A DNA stretch of 64,000 bases from NCBI GenBank assembly GCA_039195135.1, contig JBCCVP010000009.1, positions 1,629-65,628 of the forward strand, read 5' to 3'. The notes under the pieces are model-generated. The model saw only the letters and a program-made list of their open reading frames with translations, was not told the DNA's origin and made no database searches. The stretch is from Pseudomonadota bacterium (GTDB lineage Bacteria > Pseudomonadota > Gammaproteobacteria > Xanthomonadales > SZUA-38). The position numbers and the translations under genes are program-made. Positions 39,425 through 46,200 of this stretch are shown one piece after another. Within the stretch, counting starts at the first letter, position 1. Each line of letters begins with the position of its first letter.

Positions 39425-39502
39425 TGGTCTGAAGGGCTGGATTTGAACCAGCGACCCCTCGGTTCCAAACCGAGAACTCTGACCAGACTGAGCTACCTTC
39501 AG
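39425..39502 (-). tRNA. tRNA-Pro (UGG)
   Basis: Canonical cloverleaf with C1-G72 and A73. Anticodon loop TTTGGAA. CCA encoded. Confidence 0.88.
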
Positions 39503-39545
39503 CTTTCGCAGCGTCGGGGCTGTTTGCTCCCGCCGCTGCCCATGT

Positions 39546-39621
39546 TGGTAATCCGGACAGGATTCGAACCTGCAATCTCGAGGTTGAAGGCCTCGCGGCT
39601 TAACCATTCGCCTACCGGATC
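39546..39621 (-). tRNA. tRNA with anticodon UUC (Glu) on a non-Glu-like scaffold, C33
   Basis: Exactly 76 nt in canonical numbering. The anticodon loop CCTTCAA has C33. There is a G1-U72 wobble and A73. The body does not resemble gammaproteobacterial tRNA-Glu. Confidence 0.6.
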
Positions 39622-39628
39622 AAAAAAC

Positions 39629-39703
39629 TGGCGCTGCGGATCGGGCTTGAACCGACACCTGCTGGATCGACAATCCAGTGCTCTAACCTTGAGCTACCGC
39701 AGC
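39629..39703 (-). tRNA. tRNA-Asp (GUC)
   Basis: Canonical cloverleaf. Anticodon loop TTGTCGA, G73, CCA encoded. Confidence 0.88.
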
Positions 39704-40048
39704 GGATAGAACGGCTGAGACTAGGCCGTTGCCAATCACCCTTTGACGGGATTACCCAGCACCTGCCGGCGCCGGTTGCCCGCGTGTCCACGCTCAACCG
39801 GCGGGCGCCGGCTTGAACGTAGGCGATCATGACTGCCTTTTTTGGAGTGTGGCGACTCACTCATCGCGCGTGTCTAGTCAGCAGTTTGCGTACCGTGAGC
39901 CTCGCGGGCTCCAAATAGGGGCTACCCAACCGTGCGGCGCACCGCCAAAGCCTTCTCTGCTTGCGGCATCGAAGGCCACCGGATTGTCTTGCGACTCCGG
40001 CCTTAAGCCACTTTCGACACGAACTGAGGCGCGTCTTTGCGTTTGCTA
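39704..40048 (-). ncRNA. ORF-free, tRNA-punctuated spacer of about 345 nt; candidate structured RNA of unknown class
   Basis: No credible ORF on either strand. Many local GC-rich hairpins, for example AAGGCCGGA...TCCGGTGGCCTT and CGCCGGTTG...CAACCGGCG. It is bounded by a tRNA-like element and tRNA-Asp. Confidence 0.3.
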
Positions 40049-40118
40049 AAGCATGTGCCGGACTCGAACCGGCTATCTCGATCTTGAGTCGAACGCTCTC
40101 CCGTTGAGCTACATTGCA
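40049..40118 (-). pseudogene. degenerate tRNA-like element, anticodon CAA
   Basis: Good D-arm (TAGCTCAACGGGAGAGC), anticodon arm (TTCGA-CTCAAGA-TCGAG) and T-arm (GCCGG-TTCGAGT-CCGGC). The variable loop is only 3 nt, the acceptor stem has 5 bp plus a bulge, and there is no CCA. Confidence 0.45.
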
Positions 40119-40596
40119 TCCCACTGCGACGTGCACGCCTCAGTCGCTTCATAGCCTTTTGGGCCACAAAATACGACACGCCGAATGCCTTTCGCCTGCC
40201 GGCTACTGAGCCGAATGTTCGGGACGCCGGCTCCACACCAGAACCCCGGACCTCTGGGCTGACGCGCTCGCTCGCAAAGCTCGCACTTTTCGCCCTATCC
40301 GTTACCCCTCACGGTTGACGATGTTGGTTTCGCGGGGTGCACCACCACGTGGTCTTTCACTGACCTGCATTCCCGCCCCGCCGTGGCGGTTAGGTGCATC
40401 AATCAGCTACTTCCGCGCATCGCTTGGCCGCTATCTCTGCCGAAGCAAAGACGAGGAGGCCAGACTTGCCTGGACTGACCGAGCTGCTGCTCGGCGAAGC
40501 GCCATGGGGACACTCCTTTCCCGCCGTTACCGACGGTTATCGACGCCAGGCCGCCAAGGCCGATCCCGGCCAGGCCGGTAATCGGACATTCCTAAC
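40119..40596 (-). ncRNA. ORF-free, tRNA-punctuated spacer of about 480 nt; candidate structured RNA of unknown class
   Basis: It lies between tRNA-Asn and the tRNA-like element. Only Arg/Pro-rich shadow ORFs are present. It is GC-rich with many hairpins, for example GAGCCG-N14-CGGCTC. Confidence 0.3.
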
Positions 40597-40672
40597 TGGC
40601 TGGCACGGCAGGACTCGAACCTGCACCACCCCGCTTAACAGGCGGGTGCTCTACCGTTTGAGCTTCGTGCCA
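40597..40672 (-). tRNA. tRNA-Asn (GUU)
   Basis: 76 nt. Anticodon loop CTGTTAA, U1-A72, G73, CCA encoded, unusual A8. Confidence 0.8.
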
Positions 40673-40673
40673 G

Positions 40674-40749
40674 TGGTGGATCGGGTTGGCGTCGAACCAG
40701 CAACGCGCCGGACTTCACCCGGCCGCTCTACCACTTGAGCTACCGATCC
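40674..40749 (-). tRNA. tRNA-Phe (GAA)
   Basis: 76 nt. Anticodon loop GTGAAGT, A73, CCA encoded, one C-A mismatch in the T-stem. Confidence 0.75.
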
Positions 40750-40804
40750 AGAAAACTCGCCGGGACCTCCCGCGTCGGGCACAAAACCACGTCGACCGGG
40801 CACC

Positions 40805-40836
40805 GGCATTTCACACATCCACATTGTTAAAGAGCA
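40805..40836 (-). promoter_or_regulatory. boxA (TGCTCTTTAACAA, 40836-40824) plus a GU-rich boxC-like tract; 5' arm of the long-range stem
   Basis: The minus strand reads TGCTCTTTAACAATGTGGATGTGTGAAATGCC. The first 13 nt are identical to the E. coli rrn boxA consensus. Confidence 0.7.
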
Positions 40837-40839
40837 CAG

Positions 40840-40882
40840 CCAGGGCACAAAAAAGCCCTGGTCAGTTGGTACCTGCCAGGGC
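40840..40882 (-). promoter_or_regulatory. boxB-position hairpin overlapping an alternative terminator-like hairpin
   Basis: The minus strand reads GCCCTGG-N14-CCAGGGC-TTTTTTGT-GCCCTGG. The middle heptamer can pair with either flank. Confidence 0.55.
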
Positions 40883-41112
40883 TTCACTTGCGTTTTGTCC
40901 TGAAAGGTCCGGTTTCTCGAGCCTTCCAGAACAAATGTCTGGAGGCTTTACCGCATCGGCTCACCATGGCGAAGGCAAAATGCATTCGCGCGCCGGCCGC
41001 GGTCATTCACGGGGCGCAGGTCAAGCATCTGCGTCGCACACAAACGGGCAGCAGCGTCTTTGACGCGCGCCGGCGTTTGAGCAGCGGTACTGATTGAGTT
41101 AGAAAATTGCAT
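40883..41112 (-). other. transcribed leader (about 230 nt) between the predicted TSS and the boxB/boxA elements
   Basis: Position is inferred from the promoter at 41147-41120. There is no convincing ORF. Confidence 0.4.
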
Positions 41113-41119
41113 GCCGGGG

Positions 41120-41147
41120 AGTATACGCCGGAAGAACGCCGTGTCAA
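41120..41147 (-). promoter_or_regulatory. near-consensus sigma70 stable-RNA-type promoter
   Basis: TTGACA (41147-41142), a 16 bp spacer, TATACT (41125-41120), then the GC-rich discriminator CCCCGGC. Confidence 0.7.
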
Positions 41148-41150
41148 CAC

Positions 41151-41190
41151 GTGAAATGAATTAGTATTCATTCGAAATGAATTTATTTGA
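41151..41190 (-). promoter_or_regulatory. AT-rich UP-element-like tract containing AATGAAT / ATTCATT / AATGAAT heptamers
   Basis: About 75 percent AT in a GC-rich genome, immediately upstream of the -35. GAAATGAAT occurs at 41153-41161 and 41174-41182, with the inverted ATTCATT at 41166-41172. Confidence 0.5.
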
Positions 41191-41230
41191 GGCAAATGCG
41201 ACCGCAGCGCCCGGACTCCGGTTTGCTACC

Positions 41231-41776
41231 TCAGCTGTCCGCCGCAGGCAAAAGCGCGGCGGTAGGTTTTGTTGGCGTGAGGGTGACAGCGACGCGTTGC
41301 TGGCTCGGGCTGCGGCGGGCAGAAAACTCCAGCGCCTGTTCATCCGGCGCTGCGCCAAAGAGGTTAAACGAGAGCGTCATCTCGCCCTCGGGGTTGTTGA
41401 GGGCATACCGGCCCATCGCCACAAGCTGAGAGCTGGGTGCGCTGGACGTGTCATGGGCATGGGCCGGTGAAAGCAGCAGGCCTTCAAGTGCGCAGGCACC
41501 TCCCGCATCGGACAGCACCACTCGCTCGATGACGGCCGCGGCGATAGCGTGCTGATGGCGATGGAATTCTTCGGTGGAGAGGCGACCGTCCTGATCATCG
41601 TCCACGCCGGCAAACGCGCTAACGGGGATGGAGACGACCAGATAGGCCCCGTCGTCGACCACGTTCAGCGTGCCCCGCTGGGCGGCCATGGGATGAGCCG
41701 CTGCCCCGGTGCACACCAGCGACAGAAGTAGACCCGCAACCGGCGAGGCCAGGGTTGAAGTTCTGAACGACCGCAT
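41231..41776 (-). CDS. secreted His-rich protein with a single EF-hand-like Ca-binding loop
   Basis: The signal peptide ends AAA|HPM, which predicts an N-terminal His. The loop DDDQDGRLSTEEF fits the EF-hand consensus. HRHQH and HAHD clusters are present. The start overlaps the upstream stop (TGATG). Confidence 0.6.
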   Translation of the reverse strand: MRSFRTSTLASPVAGLLLSLVCTGAAAHPMAAQRGTLNVVDDGAYLVVSIPVSAFAGVDDDQDGRLSTEEFHRHQHAIAAAVIERVVLSDAGGACALEGLLLSPAHAHDTSSAPSSQLVAMGRYALNNPEGEMTLSFNLFGAAPDEQALEFSARRSPSQQRVAVTLTPTKPTAALLPAADS

Positions 41777-43368
41777 CACAGCTCACCTTTGACGCAGCGC
41801 TGAAAGTAGGGGTAGGTGTCGGTCGCATAGTAGTGGTAGATGCCGCCCGGGAACTCTGGGGTCACACCCTCCCGGCCGTTGCACTCGTCCAGGTCGCCTG
41901 AGCCTTCGACGTATTCGAAGTCCTGGACAAACGTGCCAAGCGGGTAGAGATCGGTCGAAGGCCTGGCGCTGCTCACATTGGCTACGTGCTGATAGCTGCC
42001 CGTCATCGCCTTCAGCCCGGAGGAAGCGTCGTCCGCCACCACGTAGCCGTAGCGGGCGTAGATGGGAAAGCCATCCGCGGCCCAGCCGATCAGCGTCATG
42101 GCGGACTCGCTGCCGCCGCGCTTGGCGACAAATCCCTCCGGCATGCCGTGGTAGTGGTACTGGCCGTCGGGCTGCACGTGGGCGTTGTTCTGATCGGTGC
42201 CGAAGTCAAACGAATCCTGACCCAGGGCTTCGATCTGCCAGCTGCCGACCATGCCGTTCAGGGTGCAGTTGTCGCCAGAGTCGTTGCAGGTGCCGCCGGT
42301 GCCCGCGTCGATTTTGACTCCGTTGAGCACGAAGCCGATGGTGCCGCGGGGGCCGCCAAGTTCGGTAACGGCATCTGTCTTGACCGGTTCAAGGGTCATG
42401 TTTGCTGTCACGTTCTGCTCGGAAATTGTGCTGGGGTTACCGGCGTTGGGGAAGGTGCCCACTTCGTGGTCCGGAATGCCGTTCGCCGTGAGAGCGCGTG
42501 TGCCGCTGCTGCAGTCCCACTCCGACGTGCTGGTGATCGTGAGGGACGGCTGGTTGTTTGCGGTGGTGTCTGCGTAGCTGCAGAAAATACCCAGCGTGCT
42601 GTTGCTGACACTGGTGACCGCGGCAAGTCCAAAAGGCATGTCGTCGAGCCGCAGGGCGACAACCTGCAGGGCGTCGGCGCTGCTGTAACCAGCGTAGAAA
42701 CGCTGTGACTCCGGGAGAATAAGAGGGAGCAGGTCTTCGCTGGCGTTGTTGAGCGTCAGCATCACGTCGCCTTCGAGCAGCTCAATGGCGCCCACCGCAG
42801 CGCCGCTGACGAGGTTGGTGACCGCCGCCGTGCCGTTGCCTGCCGACTCGTGGATGCGCACAAGCTCGCTGGTCTGGGCATCACCGTCGACGTAGGTGAG
42901 CAGCCACTGGCCCGCCAGCTGGTCCACGACGTCGAGCCAGCCAAACTCAATCCGCTGGATGGGTATCGTTTCGCCCTCCCAGCTGAGGTTAGCGCTGCGG
43001 TGGTCAGTAAAGACGATGCTCAGCGGGCCCTGGGAAGACTCGGCGGTAAAGGGCTCGCTGTAGTCGCAGCCCAGGCACTGGCCGCTGCTGCTTTCGAACA
43101 CCGAACCGTCGAACTGGCCGATTTCCGTACCCGATGTGGCCGGCGAATACTGACCACTGGCGGACAGCCAGGCCGTGGAGCCGTCGGCGGCGTAGTGCAT
43201 GGACACCACGTACATCGTTTCGCCCTGGCGCTCAATCAGGTAACCACGGCCGGAGGCGGATGGGTCCCACCACCAGCCGTCTTCCGGATACGTGGACTGA
43301 GCAAAAGCGTTGATCGAACCTAGCAGGCCGAAGGTCAGGCCAATAGCGAACGTTCGGGCGGTCTTCAT
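41776..43368 (-). CDS. secreted YHYH domain protein
   Basis: Signal peptide MKTARTFAIGLTFGLLGSINAFA. The C-terminal half contains the GQYHYHGMPEGF motif typical of the YHYH family. Confidence 0.75.
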   Translation of the reverse strand: MKTARTFAIGLTFGLLGSINAFAQSTYPEDGWWWDPSASGRGYLIERQGETMYVVSMHYAADGSTAWLSASGQYSPATSGTEIGQFDGSVFESSSGQCLGCDYSEPFTAESSQGPLSIVFTDHRSANLSWEGETIPIQRIEFGWLDVVDQLAGQWLLTYVDGDAQTSELVRIHESAGNGTAAVTNLVSGAAVGAIELLEGDVMLTLNNASEDLLPLILPESQRFYAGYSSADALQVVALRLDDMPFGLAAVTSVSNSTLGIFCSYADTTANNQPSLTITSTSEWDCSSGTRALTANGIPDHEVGTFPNAGNPSTISEQNVTANMTLEPVKTDAVTELGGPRGTIGFVLNGVKIDAGTGGTCNDSGDNCTLNGMVGSWQIEALGQDSFDFGTDQNNAHVQPDGQYHYHGMPEGFVAKRGGSESAMTLIGWAADGFPIYARYGYVVADDASSGLKAMTGSYQHVANVSSARPSTDLYPLGTFVQDFEYVEGSGDLDECNGREGVTPEFPGGIYHYYATDTYPYFQRCVKGEL

Positions 43369-43522
43369 GGTGAACTCCTGTGCGCGTTACTGCGGGAACC
43401 GTGCTCAGGCTAAGAACCAAGTTGGGAGCGAATATGGAGCAACTGTGGAGATGGGCGAGGGCGACGCCACCCAACGAGGTCGCCGGTTGCCTCTCTGGCC
43501 GTCGCGTGCGAACCTGCCTCGC

Positions 43523-44488
43523 ATGACCGCTATCCGATTCGACCGCTGTGCCTTCGATCCGCACACGCTGCGCCTGACACGAGCCGGGCAGACCGTCCCG
43601 CTACGGCCAAAAGCCGCACTGCTGCTGCGGGAACTCATCGACCGCGCCGGCGAGGTGGTCAGCAAAGCTGAGTTGCTGGAAAAGGTCTGGGGGTGCCACC
43701 TGGTGGCTGATCAAAACCTGTTTCAGGCCATCAGCGAGCTGCGGCTGGCCCTGCCGCTGAAGAACGCCATCGTGACCTACCCCAACCGGGGGTATGCTTT
43801 TGTGGTTCCGCTGAGCGAGGCGCCGCCGAGTGCCCGTTGGCAGCGCTGGGTCGCTGCGGCCAGCCTGGCGGTCTCGGTCGTGCTGGGCGGCTCCCACCCC
43901 CACGTCGCGGGTGATCGCGCCAGCGCGCTGTCGTTGCCCCCTTCGATCCACGCCTTCAATCTGGGGCTTGCGCAGCTGGAGACGGACCCGGGGCAGGCGG
44001 TGCATTTCTTTCAGCGCACGCTCTCGGAAAACCCGCAGTTCCTTGAAGCCCGCATGATGCTGGCGGAGGCGCTGCTGCGCGACGGAGCGAGCGATGCTGC
44101 GCGCGTCGAAGCTGAGCTGACCTACGTCCAGGCGGTGGAAAGCGGCCAGGCCTATGTGCAGGTTGGGGTCATGCAGCTGCTGAGCCGGCTGGATGCGGTG
44201 GCCGGGCGTCCGCAGTCGGCCATCGACTGGGCCCGGTCGGCAGCGGAAAAGGCGCTTGAGGGAGGGTTTGCCTGCGCCGCGGAGGAAGCTCGGCGCCAGC
44301 TGAGCCAGCTCCTAGCGCGGGAACCGGACCTGCCTCGTTCCGCCAGCCCCGCAGCACTTCCCGCACGGCGGGACGGCCGGCTGGCACAGCTGGCGCCGCC
44401 GCCGCAGTGCGAACCGCTGCTGGGGGACGCGCTGGGCCGCGATGGCCCGACGCCGACGCTCAAAAGCGGCCTGCGGGGTGCTGTTTGA
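43523..44488 (+). CDS. CadC/ToxR-like membrane-anchored winged-helix regulator with a TPR-like periplasmic part
   Basis: OmpR/PhoB-type DNA-binding domain (LRPKAALLLRELIDRAGEVVSKAELLEKVWG...YPNRGYAF), then one TM segment, then helical repeats. Confidence 0.75.
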   Translation: MTAIRFDRCAFDPHTLRLTRAGQTVPLRPKAALLLRELIDRAGEVVSKAELLEKVWGCHLVADQNLFQAISELRLALPLKNAIVTYPNRGYAFVVPLSEAPPSARWQRWVAAASLAVSVVLGGSHPHVAGDRASALSLPPSIHAFNLGLAQLETDPGQAVHFFQRTLSENPQFLEARMMLAEALLRDGASDAARVEAELTYVQAVESGQAYVQVGVMQLLSRLDAVAGRPQSAIDWARSAAEKALEGGFACAAEEARRQLSQLLAREPDLPRSASPAALPARRDGRLAQLAPPPQCEPLLGDALGRDGPTPTLKSGLRGAV

Positions 44489-44557
44489 GATCTTTTGAGG
44501 TGCTTTAGGCCCCGGTCGATGTCACGCTCGAGGCTGCTGAACATGGAGTAGCCTCAG

Positions 44558-45256
44558 GTGCATGAACTGGTTTTGGCGCTGCTGCTGACGACAGCGGCTG
44601 CGGACGAGCTTGAGCAGGTGCGCGCCGTTGCCGCGGGTTTGTTCCCCGATGCCAATCCCGCCGACGTGGCCGTCAGGCCCTCGGCGCTGCCGGATTTCTA
44701 CGAGGTCTCCCTCGGCACCCGGGTGGTTTATCTCAGCGCGGACGGCGAGTTTCTGGTCGACGGACCGCTGTATTCCCTGACCAGTCAGCAAAACCTGACG
44801 GCTCTGCGGCAGACCGAGGTCCGGCGGGAACTGGTCAGGGACGCGCCGAAGGTTTCTTCCATTGTGTATCCGGCCAAAACCGCCTCCGCCGCGGAGGTAA
44901 CGGTGGTGACGAATATCAACTGCACCTTCTGCCGCCAGCTGCACGCGCAGCTGGATGATTACGCGGCGGCGGGCATCGCGCTCCGCTATGTGATGTTGCC
45001 AAGCGCCGGACCGCAGCACTATCAGACGACGGCCGCCCTGCTGTGCGCCGCCGATCCGGCGGAGGCGGTAACGAACGTCATGCTGAACCGCACGCCGCCG
45101 GCCCCCGCACCTGCGTGTGAACACAACCTGGACGACCACGTTGCGTTGGCGGGACAGCTCGGTGCCGTGAGCACGCCAAATCTCATTCTGCCCAACGGAG
45201 AGCTGATCCAGGGGTACCAGACGCCGGCACAGCTGCGCGAACGACTGGGCCACTAA
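44558..45256 (+). CDS. DsbC/DsbG-like periplasmic thiol:disulfide isomerase
   Basis: N-terminal dimerisation-like segment (PDFYEVSLGTRVVYLSADGEFLVDG) and a thioredoxin fold with CTFC. Confidence 0.75.
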   Translation: MHELVLALLLTTAAADELEQVRAVAAGLFPDANPADVAVRPSALPDFYEVSLGTRVVYLSADGEFLVDGPLYSLTSQQNLTALRQTEVRRELVRDAPKVSSIVYPAKTASAAEVTVVTNINCTFCRQLHAQLDDYAAAGIALRYVMLPSAGPQHYQTTAALLCAADPAEAVTNVMLNRTPPAPAPACEHNLDDHVALAGQLGAVSTPNLILPNGELIQGYQTPAQLRERLGH

Positions 45257-45349
45257 GCACCCCGGGCCGAGAAAAGCCAAGGCTGGATGAGAGGATTGCT
45301 GCGGTAACTCGCCCGGAGCGCCCCCCTGCGCCCCGGGCACAGAAGCCGG

Positions 45350-46039
45350 CTAGGGAACGTCAAACACCGCAACGCCGGCCGGATACCCAAACGGACGACC
45401 TTCGATCCCCAGATGAGGAATACCCGACAGCGGGTCCTCCGGCGTGAGCAGCTGCCGCGCCAGCTGACGCTTGTCTTCCAGGTCTGCCGGACCGTGGCCA
45501 AACACAAACAGCCAGACCTGCGAGCCGGAAGCCGGCACAAAGTCTTTGAAATCCCCGCTCAGCCAGTGCCTATTGCGCTGCTTCGCCACCGCCCCGTCCA
45601 TACGGCCAAACACCACCAGGGGATTGAGAAACTCGCCGGACTCGTCTGGCGTAAAGAAGTCCGCCAGGCCGCAGGGGGTTGCGTAGCCCAGCGGCTCGTC
45701 CACCGGAACCTCAGAGTTTTCTGTCGTTAAGGGAAAATTGACGCAGGCGCCCGGGTTGTCAACGTAGACCCACCAGACGGTGTAGGCGTTCCCTTCCTTC
45801 ATGCCGGTGACCTGCATATTGGCCTGGAGTCCGCGCCGGGTTGCACAGAGCCCAGCGCCGCCTCCCAGCGGGCCGCCGGTGAAGGCGCCTTCCCAGAAGT
45901 CGGTGATTGGCTGAACGACGCAGTTGGAGAAGATTCGCTTCGTTTCACTCGCCGCGGCTGGGCCGCTGAGCAGTGCCGCCAGACACAAACCCAGGCCGCC
46001 GGCCCAGGAAACGGATCGCCATCGGTTGCTTCGTAACAT
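45350..46039 (-). CDS. hypothetical secreted protein
   Basis: Signal peptide ...GLCLAALLSGPAAA. Several conserved-looking Cys residues. No family recognised. Confidence 0.5.
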   Translation of the reverse strand: MLRSNRWRSVSWAGGLGLCLAALLSGPAAASETKRIFSNCVVQPITDFWEGAFTGGPLGGGAGLCATRRGLQANMQVTGMKEGNAYTVWWVYVDNPGACVNFPLTTENSEVPVDEPLGYATPCGLADFFTPDESGEFLNPLVVFGRMDGAVAKQRNRHWLSGDFKDFVPASGSQVWLFVFGHGPADLEDKRQLARQLLTPEDPLSGIPHLGIEGRPFGYPAGVAVFDVP

Positions 46040-46128
46040 CGTTCTTACCTCCAGTGAGCCGACGAGCGTCGGCGGAACCCGAAGGGTGCGACAGCGGCGT
46101 TTTGCGAGTCACGAAATCGCCGCGATCA

Positions 46129-46150
46129 AACTGCGAAAGAACTGCGAAAG
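46129..46150. repeat. tandem 11 bp direct repeat (AACTGCGAAAG twice)
   Basis: Perfect duplication, 90-110 bp upstream of the start of the 45350-46039 gene. Confidence 0.6.
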
Positions 46151-46200
46151 TGTTAACTGATTGAAAGTATTGTTTTTATTTCGACGAAAGTTGGCTGTTC

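Noticed and set aside
39704-40596. Possible identity of the spacers with RNase P RNA, 5S rRNA, tmRNA, 6S or SRP RNA.
   Set aside because: I saw short resemblances on both strands: CCAAATAGGGG, GCCTTGGCGGCC, GGGCGAAAAGTGCG, GAACATTCGGCT. However, the diagnostic elements are absent. There is no GAGGAAAGTCCGGGC/P4 partner of RNase P, no CCGAAC, GTGAAAC or AGAGTAGG of 5S, and no tmRNA tag reading frame. Matches on both strands suggest chance in GC-rich sequence. This needs cmscan to settle.
39021-40836. Inverted repeats read as transposon ends or an invertible DNA segment.
   Set aside because: There is no transposase, integrase or invertase in or near the segment. I found no flanking direct target duplication. 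One arm coincides with a boxA leader, which favours an RNA-stem interpretation. DNA inversion is not excluded.
40948-41112. 54-codon ORF (MQFSNSISTAAQTPARV...) starting exactly at the predicted TSS (leaderless).
   Set aside because: Its third-position GC is low for this genome, there is no motif, and it lies in an rrn-type leader. I kept it only as an alternative to test by ribosome profiling.
41153-41182. GAAATGAAT...ATTCATT repeats read as a Zur or Fur box.
   Set aside because: The match to Zur (GAAATGTTATAWTATAACATTTC) or Fur consensus is only partial. The position immediately upstream of a -35 fits a UP element or Fis-type site better.
39053-41195. ORF-track entries inside the tRNA/RNA locus. 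Examples: 39053-39268(+), 39193-39468(-), 39398-39709(+), 39861-40136(-), 40394-40738(+), 40686-41063(+), 41007-41195(-).
   Set aside because: They run straight through tRNA cloverleaves or have junk composition. None has an RBS or any recognisable motif.
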